Part shown: positions 13,692 to 25,890 of the stretch, one piece after another
Layout of the letters: each line of letters begins with the position of its first letter
Position numbering within the stretch: the first letter of the stretch is position 1
From: Glaucostegus cemiculus
Taxonomy: Eukaryota
Assembly: GCA_976551045.1 (NCBI GenBank)
Contig: CDPCPM010000077.1
Coordinates: 2,108,001-2,172,000 of the forward strand
Length of the DNA: 64,000 nucleotides
Direction of reading: 5' to 3'
The notes under the pieces: model-generated
What the model was told of the DNA's origin: nothing
The model's input: the letters and a program-made list of their open reading frames with translations, nothing else
Databases searched by the model: none
Position numbers and translations under genes: made by a program

Positions 13692-13727
13692 GGCCCCCGG
13701 GGTGAGATCGCAGCCGGCGAGCGGTCC
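13692..13727 (-). other. 5' leader portion of the NAB first coding exon (36 nt, in frame, no stop)
   Basis: Pyrimidine tract plus CAG at 13728-13730; leader reads GGA CCG CTC GCC GGC TGC GAT CTC ACC CCG GGG GCC before the ATG. Confidence 0.8.
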
Positions 13728-13822
13728 CTGTAGACAGAAGCAACAGAACCTTCAGATCCCACCGACCCCTCCACCGTAACCAGCGCAAGGCAAACGCAGC
13801 CAGCAATGCCGCACCTAAGGCA

Positions 13823-14110
13823 GGCACGGTAGTGTAGTGGTTAGCATAACGCTTTACAGCACCAGCAACCCGGGTTCAATTCTGGCCACTGTCTGTAAGG
13901 AGTTTGTATGTTCTCCCCGTGTCTGTGTGAGTTTCCTCCGGGTGCTCCGGTTTCCTCCCACATTCCAAAGACGTACAGGTTAGGAAGTTATGGGCATGCT
14001 ATGTTGGCGCCGGAAGCGTGGTGACACTTGCGGGCTGCCCCCAGAACACTCTACACAAACATGTATTTCACTGTGTGTTTCGATGTACATGTGACCAATA
14101 AAGAAATCTT
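13823..14110 (+). mobile_element. tRNA-derived V-SINE-like element, near full length
   Basis: A/B-box head (gtagtggttagc...gggttcaattc), V-domain tttgtatgttctccccgtgtctg..gtttcctccgggtgctccggtttcctcccaca, tail aataaagaaatctt. Confidence 0.85.
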
Positions 14111-14291
14111 AACAATGCAAAAAGCACTCCTAGACGCTTTGAAGGAGCACAGACCAAGAAAGCTGCTGCTTGAGGAGATGTGAGGACAGAGGTTGGGTTT
14201 CAGGTAAGCCCTGAAGGAGGGCGGAGAGGATCAGAGAGAGAATCCCAGTGCAGGATGGCAAACTGCTGGAGGAACTCAGTGGGTCAGGCTG

Positions 14292-14615
14292 CATAGAACA
14301 TAGAACATTACAGCACAGTACAGGCCCTTCAGCCCACAATGTTGTGCTGATATTTTATCCTGCTCTAGGATCTATCTAACCTTTCCCTCCCACATAGCCC
14401 CCCCATTTCTCTATCATTCATGTGTCTATCTAAGAATATCTTAAATGTCCCTAATGTATCTGCCCCCACAACCTCTTCAGGCAGTGTGTTCCACGCACCC
14501 ACCACTCTCTGTGTAAAAAAACTTACCCCTGACATCCCCCTTACATCTTCCTCCAATCACCTTAAAATTATGTCCCCTTGTGTTCGCCATTGTTGCCATG
14601 GGAGAAAGTCTCTGA
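14292..14615 (-). mobile_element. CR1 LINE 3' fragment
   Basis: Minus ORFs FFTQRVVGAWNTLPEEVV and NTRGHNFKV; catagaacatagaa tail; tail matches the 10250-10635 copy. Confidence 0.85.
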
Positions 14616-15629
14616 CCGTCTGCGGAGGCAGAGGGGTGGTTGATGTTTTGGGTCAAGATGCTGCAGCAGACCAAGAGTGTGAAGGGGAGATGCCCAGTTT
14701 AAAGAGCTGAGAGGGAGGAGTGGAGTTGGGAGACAGCGGCAGGTGGGTGATGGGTAGACACAGATAAAGAGAGAGAAAGCAAAAGGGGGAGGGTGGAGGT
14801 GGAGGCAGAGGCTGGAGGTGATAAATGGAGACAGGAGAGGCTGCAGATACTGGAATCTGATAAGGAAGGTGATGCAGAACCAGATAAGGGAGGGGAGGTG
14901 GGCAGATGGAGCAGGATGAGGAGGAAGAGAGCACCAGAAGGTGTGGTGTTGTATGTGATGAAACTGGAAGGGGGAAGGGAATAAAACTAGGCATTCCAGA
15001 GCCTTGGCAGCAGATAGTGCAACCACCAACGGAAAGACAATTAAACGAGGGCTTGAGTAGGAGACAGGAAGCCAGAAATGGAGGAACAGAGAGATCTTGG
15101 CAGGGTGGAGGGGATTTCAGAGACAGGAAGGGGCAAGGCCATGGGAAGGGGTAATGCCAGTAAGCGTCAGGAGGGATCTGAATAAAAAGGTGACAGAGCA
15201 GGACGTTGGATGTGGTTCTCTCCTGCCTGTCTGTCTGGGCCATGGTGTCCCCTTCCTCTACTCTACAGTCCATCCCAAAACATTGGGATAATGTTTAGCT
15301 GGGACTGAAGAACACTTATTGGCCACTTCCAGATTCAGGCTCAAAGTGAATGCAGGCAGTGGGGATAAAGACCTCTCTCACGAGAGCGCTCTTGTGCTTT
15401 GGGTTCACACGCAAGGAACTGAATTGACAGAACTAAAAAAAAATTGTCTTTAAAAGCTGGCACATAGCAGAGAATGAGAGAAGGGAACTTAACTCTCAGC
15501 ACATCGTGTGACAGCTCCAGATCACTCAGCCTGCTCAGAAGGTCCAGCGTTTGAACCCCATTCCAAAAACTTGACTCCACAGGTCAGTCTTCTCCCTTCC
15601 AACAGCAGTGAGCCCCAGTACCAGAACAA

Positions 15630-16030
15630 AGGAGAGTACAGCACGGGAACAGGCCCTTTAGCCCACCATGGCAATGCTGACCACAATACCAACTGCACAT
15701 CTGCCTGCACATGGTCCCTATCCCTCCAACCAGGCCTGTCCTAATCCTTCTTAAATGCTGCTATGGTATCTGCTTCCACCATGTCCCCTAGCATTGTGTT
15801 TCAGGCACCGACCACACTCTACATAAAAAAAAATGCCACGTAAATCTCCTTTAAACTTTCCATCTCCCACCTTAAACCTATGCCCTCCGGTATTTGACAT
15901 TTCCACCCTGGGGAAAAAAGACCCTGACTATATTCCCTCTCTATGCCTCTCATCATGTTATAAACTTCTATCAGGTCTCCCCTCACCTTCCAATGCTCCA
16001 GAGAAAACAACCCAAGTTTGCCCAACCTTT
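15630..16030 (-). mobile_element. CR1 LINE 3' fragment
   Basis: Minus ORF KLGLFSLEHWKVRGDLIEVYNMMRGI. Confidence 0.8.
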
Positions 16031-19000
16031 CCTTCTAGCTCAGGATGTCACCTTTCCAATGGGAAGTGGAACCACAGACACACACAAAACACCACACAGT
16101 TCCTTTTGAAGGAGCAAAGAAGTTTTCTCACTGGTCCCGGCCAACGTTTCCACTGGGAGCTTCAATAATACAGATCAACTAGCCATTTATCCCATCGCTG
16201 CTTGCTTGCACTTCTTGTGCCAAAATTCCTGATGCAGCTTCCAACTAATTGTCAGGGATGTTCAGAGGGTTGTATCGGCTGGAGTCCTGGGGGACAACTG
16301 AAACATCCTAAGGGGTCTTGCAAGGATGGACGTGGAGAAGGTGTTTCCTCAGAATCGGGAGAGTCACTGTTTAAATACAAGGCCCAATAAGAACGATGAG
16401 GTGAATATTTTCTCTCCAAGGGATGTGAATTTGGAACTCTCTTCCACAAAGGGTACTGACAGCAGAGTCTTTGGAAGTTTTTTAGATAGGGTCAGGTGGA
16501 GACTTGACACGCAAGAGGGTAAAACCTGATGCAACTTCCAAATGACTGTGAAGGATGTTCAGGGGTTGTGAAAGGTGCTCCATAAAATGAGGCCTCACAC
16601 TGTTTCCTTGACTTAGCAGCAGTGGATTGTGCTAGAGAGGAAACGGACACTACAAAGCAAGGCCCAACAGAGAGGCAGAAGGGTTTCACATCCAAGATGC
16701 CCTGATCACTTGCTCCACCATATTTTCCTTCAGTCTCTCTTGAAGTTTACTGGCACCATCCATCCCACTGCCTCTCTGGCTGGTCTTCTCAAGTTATCAA
16801 TAATTTCTGTTGTAAATTCATAGCAAGATATAGCACAGAAACAGGGCCTTCAGCCCAACACGTTCACATCAACCATCAACCACTTACTTACACTAATCCT
16901 ACGTTAGTTCCACTTTTTATTCTCCCTAAGTTCTCATCAACTCCCTGCTGATTCTATTACACACGAGAAGCAATTTACAACAAATTAAACTACCAACACA
17001 TATGTCTTTGGAACATAGGAGGAAACTGGGGCACTCAGGGGAAACCCAAAGGGAGAATGTGCAAACTCCACAGTGACAGCAGCCGAGGTCAGGGTCAAAC
17101 CCAGGCCCCTGGTGCTGTAAGGCAACATCTCTACTGCCTGGTCCACTGTGCACCCCACCCCCCACATTGTGCTAACCAAGTTAAATCTTCCCCTTCTGCA
17201 TTCAAGCTCCCGCCCTGATCTGCAGATCAAAGTCTAGTGCAAGAACAAGCGATAAAATAAAGCCTAGACAAAAACTCTGAAACTGTCCAGATTTTAGGTC
17301 AAGTTAAAAAGCCCCAACTTTTGAATGAAAAGCCCCAGGCAGTTTTCAGAAATTTTTAACTGAAACATCTGCACTTTATCCACAATGAACAGCACAAAGG
17401 TTTCTGACACATTTTTGAATGGTTAAGAATGTGGTTGGGTGACAGCCGTGCCTCACTTAGCACCACCCTCTGTCTCAAAGTAAGAAGGTTGTGGGCCAAA
17501 GTCCCCTCCAGAGACTTGAGCCCAGAGCTCCAGGTTGTTGCTCTGACACAGTACGGAGGAGTGCTGTACTGTTGGAGAAGCCTTCGTTCAGATGTCCCCA
17601 TTGCATTTGCATGTGGACATATAAAATGAACCCACTGCTGGAAGGTGGGAGCAGACTGGGTGGCTGTTTTATGACCAGAACAGATACAATGGGCTGAATG
17701 GCCTCCTATATTGGAATTTTTTCTGTGGACCTAAGGGAGAGATGTACTGGCACCCCTGACCAGTACTCACACATCGAAGAAAGTATAACCAGAAAGAACT
17801 TTTGGTTTCCACATTCTCTACATTACAACAGAAATTACATTTCCAAAGTACCCTCATTGGCTGTAAAGCAAAAAGAGACATCCAGAAAGGGGTGTGAAAG
17901 GTGCTATGTAATTGCAAGCTTTCTTTTTCTTAAACCTCTGCTAAAAAGACCCGATAGGAGTGGGTCTGTGACCAATGCTCATCGCCATGACAATGCGAGC
18001 TCGGGAACTAACAGATAATGGAACTTGCACACAAAGTACAGATTAGAAGCCACAGTGTGCCCCCCCCCCCACCCGCCCCCGCCCCACCGGCCCTGCAAAC
18101 CTGCTCCGCTGTTTATTACAATCACGGCTGAGCCAACCCAAAGTCTGTGCTCCCACGGCATCTTTTACCCTTTTGCAGGTCAAGTCTCCACCTGACCCTA
18201 CCTTAAAAACTTTCAGAAACTCTGCTGCCTTGAGGAAGAGAGTTCCAAACACTCACATCCCTGAGAGAGAAAATATTCACCTCATTGGTCTTATTGGACC
18301 TTGTATTTAAACAGTGACCCACCCCCACCCCCCACTCCCCCAATTCTAGATTCTCCCACCTGAGGAAACACCGTCTCCGTATCCATCCCTGCAAGACCCC
18401 TTAGGATGTTTCAATTGTTCCCCAGGACACAAGCCAAGCCTGTCCAACCTTGTTTCAATAGACAACTTGCACATTCCAGGTCTTAATCTAGCAGGAGTAG
18501 GCCACTCGGCCCCTCAAGACTGCTCCATCAATTAATCGTCAATGGCTGATCTGTACGTATGTCAAGCCCTCATTCCTGCGTATCCATGGCAACCTTCTCT
18601 CAACTGCATCAAAATAAATAACGTCCCTCCTTAAACATTGAGGCCAATGGCATACACAGTACTCCAGAAGTAGTCTCACTGTGCCCTCTATAACTGAAGC
18701 AAAACCTCCCTACTGCCAGAGTTTGTTGGAGAGAAGTGCAGTGTCATTTCAAACTCCAACACCAGGAACAAGTTTTACTTTTACTTGTGCAAACTCAAAA
18801 CTTTACCACAGATAAGTACAGGTAAAATAATGGCAGGAAACAACAAGTACTAATTATATCCTACACTTCGATCCTGTTAAAAGAAGAAATTCACACATCC
18901 TTCAGGTGCTCAAGATGTTCCAAAGCATTTCACAGCCACTGAACCACTCCTTAAGTGTAAGTTCACTGCTGGTTTTGTAGCCCACTGCAGTGGGACCTGT

Positions 19001-20479
19001 TCCTCCCTTCATACTGCTGAGCTGACCCACACCGGAAACTCACTGTATAGAAATATCTGAGCTTCAAAGTCTGGGCTCAAAGGTGCAATGCACAAATACA
19101 CCAATAATCAGTTAAGCAGTTATTTCCCCTGTGAAATCAAACCTGTTTACACAGACAGAAGGCAGCTCAAATGGCCGTGTTGTCATTGAATGTGTGTTGT
19201 GTGGTACGAGCAGCAGGATTGCAGGAGACACAACTGCAGTCAATTAAAAGGAGTGCGATATTCTTTAATTTATCAGCTGAATTCCACCACCAATATTTCC
19301 AGTGTCCCATAAACACCTATAAAAAGTAAGATTTGCATAGCGCCTCTCATAACCTCAAAAAGCACTTTGCAGCCAATAAGACTATCTTCCAATGTAGTTA
19401 TTGTTGTTCCTGTGAACAGTTCGTAACCCCAACAGTTCGCAAGTCAGTAATGTGGCCACGAATCGAGTTCCCACATGGCAGAAGATGCCTGCAGCCCCAC
19501 AGCAGCCGGCAAGTCCATCCTGCCTGGTATGTACGGGCTGGACATAAGTCAGGTGTTTGTAACCTGGGGAAGACCTGTACTGAACTAGTGCACTGGAAGG
19601 TCCCACAAACAGCAATGCAAGTTACCAAGTAATCTGGTCCAGTGGTGTTGACCACCAATCAGAACACAAGGGAGAACTGCCCTCCACTTTCCCAAGCCAT
19701 CATTACATGTTCATTGCAGCAGCTGTGACAGTGCAGCATGTCCTCACACCTGCACCACGGAGCCCGCCTGGAATTTTGTGCCCAAGTCTCTGAAGAGGCC
19801 TTAAACTCACAACCTGGTCGTTATCTAACTTTCTCCACATTTTTGATTTAGATTGTAAGCATCATTGCCTGGGACAAATTGGTAACAATTTTTTTAAATT
19901 TACAGATATGGCCATTCAGCCCACCTGGTGTGTGGGATGTAGTCAAGTTCCACACAAGTGTCCTCCCACCTAACCCTACAGGTACACTTCTAGTCCTTGT
20001 ACCTATCCAGCTGCTCTAACCTTCTGAATGTCAAAAAGGGCATCTGTTTCACTTTCTGACCCAACATCTTTTAGCGCGTCTCAGGATCCAGTCTGTAATT
20101 TGCCTGTAAAGGAACTGGGGACATTTTACCCTGGTCAACAGCACTATATTTTGCTACACATTGGCTGCAGTGAGGACTGGAGACCCACAGCTACTGCTAG
20201 CGTTCCCCCACTTGCCAAGCCCAAGACTGGCACTCTGAATCAGATACAGGTTCCCTTATGAAGCAAGACACTGACCCGGGCCTGAGGATAATCCAGTAGA
20301 AGGCACCCGTGACCTCAGAGGGACCCATGATCCTCCCCCCCTGGCCTCTTGCACACCCCCTAATTTAATCTCTGCTCCACTGGGGAGAAGCCAAGTCTCT
20401 AACCTCAGACATTCCCTCCCTCAGCCTCTCTACCCACTTCTCCTCCCCTGTGCTCCTCACAAATGGGCACTTTCAGAGA

Positions 20480-20840
20480 ACATAGAAACATAGAACAATA
20501 CAGCACAGGAACAGGCCCTTTAGCCCAGCCTGCCTGTGCCAACCATGATGCCAGTCTAAGTAATCCCATCTGCCTGCGCATGGTCTGTATCTCAGTTCTC
20601 TGCCTGTTGACGTGTCTGTCCAAATGCCTCTTAAGCATTGCTAGCATATTCATTTCCACCACCCAACCTGGTAGTATGTTCCAGGCACCTACCACTCTCT
20701 GTGTAAAAAAAACTTGCCTCACAAACCTCCTTTAAACTTTCACCTTAAACCTATACCCTCTAGTGTTTGACATGTCCGCCCTGGGAAAAGGATTCTGACT
20801 ATTTACCATATCTAAACCTCTCATGATCTTATATACTTCA
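20480..20840 (-). mobile_element. CR1 LINE 3' fragment
   Basis: Minus ORFs FFTQRVVGAWNILP and EVYKIMRGLD..NTRGYRFKV. Confidence 0.8.
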
Positions 20841-20889
20841 CTTGGGCTACCATCAAGTTTTATTTCATATTGCCCTGAAGTAGTTTTAT

Positions 20890-21125
20890 TTAAGATTTCC
20901 TTATCAGTCACATGTACATCCAAACACACAGTGAAATACATCTTTTGCGTAGAGTGTTCTGGGGGCAGCCCACAAGTGTCGCCACGCTTCCGCCGTCAAC
21001 ATAGCACATCCACAACTTCCTAACCCGTACGTCTTTTGGGTTGTGGGAGGAAACCGGAACACTGGAGGAAACCCAGGCAGACACGGGGAGAACGTACAAA
21101 CTCCTTACAGACAGTCGCCAGAATC
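20890..21125 (-). mobile_element. V-SINE-like element, same family as 13823-14110
   Basis: Reverse complement matches the 13823-14110 body and tail. Confidence 0.85.
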
Positions 21126-22049
21126 TGAAGTATGTTGGGTCCTTTTACCACCTTAAAGGTGCTTTGTAAATGCAGCCGGTTGATTGTTGCGGGGCTCACT
21201 AGTGCACACAATAGAAAGTGACAAGGTCCGGCTAAAGAGGATCAGTTCCTTCATCAAACAAGACAGGACACATGAAGGTAACTAAAGGCACCTGGGTTCT
21301 GTTTGACAGCAAGCTGTGCAGGCCTGAGATGTGTGAGGAGCGGAGAGCAGGAACTGAGTAAACAAAGGGGGAATGAGAGGAAAGAGATAGCTGGAAAAAT
21401 AATTAAGCTGGTTCTTCTGTGAGAAACTGCAGTGCTGCAAGTATTCCAAATTATATATTAAAATTCACAGTCTAGGGCACGGCCTCTCCTAAGGCAACCT
21501 CAGGCACTTCCCCAACCATCACCCCCCACCCCCCCCTCAGGATCAGGGCTCTGCCTCCACTACAGGAGGCACCTGCAACCAAACTCATCCATCTGCACTG
21601 GAGACGGGGGGGTAAGAGCACGTCAAGCTTTCATCTCACCTACCCAGCCAGAAGTAATCTCTACCTACGATCTTAACGTGAAGGGGGCCCTTTGATGTCA
21701 TTTTGGCTTGTGGTTCGAATTCCTCACATAGTTAACAAGAATTGGCCAATGCATCTGGCCCTGCAACTGCAAGTATTAGCGTTCCTTTACAGCTGGGGTA
21801 ATTAGGAAGGTCCTTGCATCCTTCTCCATTAGAGCTGCTACCATTGCCAATTCTGTTTGCCTCTGAGTCACTACCTGTTGCAAAAGCAAAAGCGTTCGTC
21901 TTCACTTGGGGGAAGAACCTTGAATGAGGGACATGGTTACAAGACTGGGGGCGGGGTTGAGGTCTGGAGGGACCTTCTGGCAGAGGGTGGTATTTCTCTG
22001 GAAGTCTGTACCCCGGAGGGTTTGGAGGCTAGATCACTGGGTGTACTTA

Positions 22050-22315
22050 AGATAAGATGAGATCTTTATTAGTCACATGTACATTGAAACACAGTGAAAT
22101 GCATCTTTGCCGTAGTGATTTTGGGGGGCAGCCCGCAAGTGTCGTCACGCTTCCGGCGCCAACATAGCATGCCCACAACTTCCTAACCCGTATGACTTTG
22201 GAAAGTGAGAGGAGACCGGAGCACCCGGAGGAAACCCACACAGACACGGGAAGAACGTACAAACTCTTTACAGACAGTGGCCGGATTTGAAGCTGGGTCA
22301 CTGGCGCTGTAAAGC
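22050..22315 (-). mobile_element. V-SINE-like element, same family as 13823-14110
   Basis: Reverse complement matches the 13823-14110 body and tail. Confidence 0.85.
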
Positions 22316-24539
22316 ATTAAAGGGGAAGTAGATAAATTTTTGGAAGATCAGGGAATTTAGGGTTATGGGGAACTGACACAGAAGAGGAGATGAGGCCTGG
22401 GGCAGATCAGTCACAATTATACTGATGGTGGGGCAGGCTTGAAGGGCCAAATGCTCCTATTTTCTTTCGTCCTGATGTCAGGTCCAGTATCCCCCATCGC
22501 CTCTTAGGGCACCTTTCCTTTGGCAGTCTGTAGTGCTGTGCTCCTAGTACTGCAGAACAATACAGCCCACAAAGAGGCTATTCAGCCCAAAATGTCCATG
22601 CCGGTTCCATTTAAAACCACCCCCCTGCGCCTATCTTCAACCTGCAATTATGCTCCTGACCGTGAATAGGGACCAGCTTGTGGGCAATGCACTCCAGATC
22701 ATAACAGCTCACTGTTAGCTTGAGTTGCCTCTGGTTATTTTTCCTGTTATCTTGTATCGTTCATCAAACCTTTATCTGATAAAGCACTGATTTCCAAGGA
22801 ACTGTTTCGGGGAGAAACCTTGCTACAACACTGTACTTGGTCGGCATGGACGAGTTGGGCCAAAGGGCTTGTATGACTCTGTGACTTTCTTTGTCCCCTC
22901 TCTTTATCATAACCTGTAAATTAAAAATTGTTACCGTCACATGTACTGAGATACACTGAAAAAAGTTTTACCTGCAGTGGAATGCAGAATAAAGTGTCAC
23001 AGCTACAGGCAGACAATAAGGTGCAAGGCCATAACAAGGTAGATTGTGAAGTCAAGGGTCCAGCTTATCATTCTTAGGGGACCGTGCAATAGTCTTATAA
23101 CAGCGGGATAGAAGCTGTCCTTGAGCCTGGTGGCACGTGCTTACAGGCTTTTGTAAAACAGTTTCTCTTTTGTCATTTGAACAAGTCCCTTCAGGATTTT
23201 GAACATTTCCATCAGTGCTCCTTCTCTCTGCTCCAAGGAGAAGGATCCAGTTTCTCTGTGGCCAAAGTCCTCCCTCTCCTGTCCTGCTATTCACATATAC
23301 TACTTCCTTATGGCATTGGGGGAGGCCATTCATCCCATCAAATCCATGCTGGCTCTCAGAGTAATCCCATTCCCCCATGTACTTCCCCATAACCACAATT
23401 CTCTCTATAACTCTCTCTCTCTGCCTGTTACCCTCCTCTTCTACCAGCCATCCACCTACCAGGTGTCATTTAAGGACCAGTTAACCTATTAATCTTTGGC
23501 ATGTGGGAGGCAAATGAAGGACACTTGGGCAACCCACGTGGTCACTGGGAGAATGTGTGAACCACACAGGCAGACCGGGTCACTGGAGCTGTGAGGCACC
23601 AGCCCTATCTGCTGTGCCACATATCCCTGGATGATAAATGAATGGCAGAGCAGGACTGAGGGGCTGAATGGCCTACTCCTGGTCCTATTCCATCGACAGT
23701 GCAAGGCCCAATCATGTCCTCAAACATCTTCCCTGGAAGGTGAGTCAGAGAGGATCTTCTAACCAAAGCAATGAAGACCACTTAGTCCATCCCTCCACCT
23801 GTGAATTCAACAAGTAGTGGCAAATCAGCTAATTATTTACTCCACATAGAGTATTACAGTTTGAAGGTCACTAACACATCCTGAAAAGTGATTGGCTGTT
23901 TGAGTTGGATACCCACAATCATACATCGAAGTGTCTTTAATCCACCAGTCACACTGCCCCTCCCCCTCACTTGCCCAGGAGTGTCCAAGCCTCACACAAG
24001 AGGTCAACTCTTGGTTTCGCTCTTGTTGCGTCCTGATAAGATGCAAGTTCCCAAAGTCACTGGGAGTCCGTGATCTACCCACCAGTTACTGGAGAATGAG
24101 CCAACTTCACATAGTCTGTTAGTTAAAATATTTCTCTGCAAGCATCCAGTCAAAACAGTGTTGGCACTTGTTCAAACCAAACCCCTAGTCCTATTAATAG
24201 CCTGCATTGCTCAAACTGTTCATTTCCTTACAAAGCCCCTCATTACCCTTCGTAAGCCCCTCCCATTTGTCCTGTGCACTTGTCTTCAACTATTGCCTAA
24301 TCTCTCATGCTCCCCGTCCTTTCCAACGTTGTTCAGCTCATCACTGCCTTTAACACCCACAGCTTCTTGTTCAGATCTGTGCTCAGTGCCGTTGGAATTT
24401 TCACTTGTCCCTCCTCTTTCACTGAAGTTCGGTTGTAAAGCACAGATGATGGACCTGAGCTTTCTTGTGTCAAGTGGAGGAGATCAGTTGCATTGTCCCT
24501 GTTTCCCAATGAAGGTCCATGGATCTTCACTCCATCTCC

Positions 24540-25600
24540 TCAGGCAACCCTTGGGGTCCAGGATGACTTGCTTCCACTGCCAGTTAGTGGGCTCTGGTGT
24601 AGCTGAAGACCCCAATGTGGGAGCCAAAGACCGTGACAGGGGTGGGTCAGCAGGCTGTGGACAGGACTTGGCAGGTTTTTTAGTGCTCCTTCCACTGTTT
24701 GTGCTTGGCATCAGGTAACAGGCTAGAGTGGCAATGAATGTCTGAGGAAAGCCAAGACTGAGGATTCTCCATAATCCCTCTTGCACTGAGAAAGGCCATG
24801 CACAGTGATGGGGGGTGCCACTTCCTACAGTTCCCACGGATCTGCCATCCACTATACTACCTGATGGGCAGGATCCATTGGCAGGGCAAGTGAACTAACG
24901 TCAGAATCCACTCCAGGAGCAACATCCCTACTGCACAGGCTCTGACGCACAGGTCTTGTTGTTTACATATCAGACATCAGACTCCTGAGTAGGAACTCCG
25001 AGCTCTGTCATAGCAACAGGTTTCCAGGAGGGCAGAGAAAGTGCTTCAAGGATCTTCTCAAAGCTTCCCGGAAATAATTTGACTCTGGGAGCAGAGAGCC
25101 CACCACTGAGAGGGGAGGTGGAGGAGGATACTGCCAATGGCCTTCCATGTGGCAGACAGCATGGAGACCCCTCCGTAATTAGTGCAATTAAACCAGTCTC
25201 CCTTCCTGAAACTAGTCACGATAACCACATTAGTGAGATCTGCTGGCATGCTCCCAAACGGGGGGAGAAGAGGCTATGAGTTCAACCCAGAAGTACTTCA
25301 ATGCCACATCTTTGAACTTCATCTGGGACTCCCAACTGCTTCAAAGCCTTGTTGTTTGTCAGCTGTTGGATGCACAGCCTTTCCAACAGCCTGCCAGGCT
25401 GGGGTGACACAGGATAATGCACAACATCAAAGGCAGGGTCTCAGCCCAGGAGTTTTTCAAAATGCTCCTTCCAGATGCAGACCACCTCCCTGTCCTTGAT
25501 AAGCCTTCCTCCAGTCGTGGGCCCTCAGCAGGCTGGGTTCTTACGTGTTTGGGCTATCGAAGGATGTCAGCTGAAGAACGCATGCTTCACACAACAGCCA
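24540..25600 (-). mobile_element. Decayed RTE-clade LINE with an internally inverted piece
   Basis: Minus ORF 25058-25249 VIVTSFRKGDWFNCTNYGGVSMLSATWKAI resembles RTE IVTIYKKGDRSDCGNYRGISLLS; about 24870-25075 reads as RTE C-terminus on the plus strand. Confidence 0.65.
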
Positions 25601-25779
25601 GAAGATTAAAACTGGTTTGCAAAGTTTAAAAACAATTCCAACAGCAAACAAAAAAAGGGTGTGTCTCGACCTGAAACAGTGACTGTTCATTTCTCTCCAT
25701 GGATGCTGCCTGACCTGCTGAGTTCCTCCAGCATTTTGTTTGTGATGAATTAAAAAAGGTACAATGTGACCTAGATGAA

Positions 25780-25890
25780 AAGCACGATGATGCTGGAGAA
25801 ACTCAGCAGGCCAGGCAGCATCCGTGGAGAAAAGCAGGCAGTCAACGCTTCGGGTCAGGACCCTTCTTCAGGACTGAAGATAGGAAAAGG
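25780..25890 (-). repeat. Penelope-type repeat containing a minimal type I hammerhead-like motif (25839-25876)
   Basis: Minus strand reads CAGTC CTGAAGA A GGGT-CCTG-ACCC GAAG CGTT GACTG. Confidence 0.55.

Noticed and set aside
12921-13733. 270-aa plus-strand ORF and other overlapping ORFs
   Set aside because: Antisense shadows of the GC-rich NAB coding exon; non-ATG start and no recognisable domain
13823-13890. tRNA-like sequence
   Set aside because: It is the head of a SINE, continuous with the V-domain and repeated at 30612 and elsewhere; not a tRNA gene
14568-15273. 153-aa and 206-aa minus-strand ORFs
   Set aside because: They derive from the purine-rich body of the repeat also seen near 5540-5700, 47520-47700 and 51600-51840; low complexity
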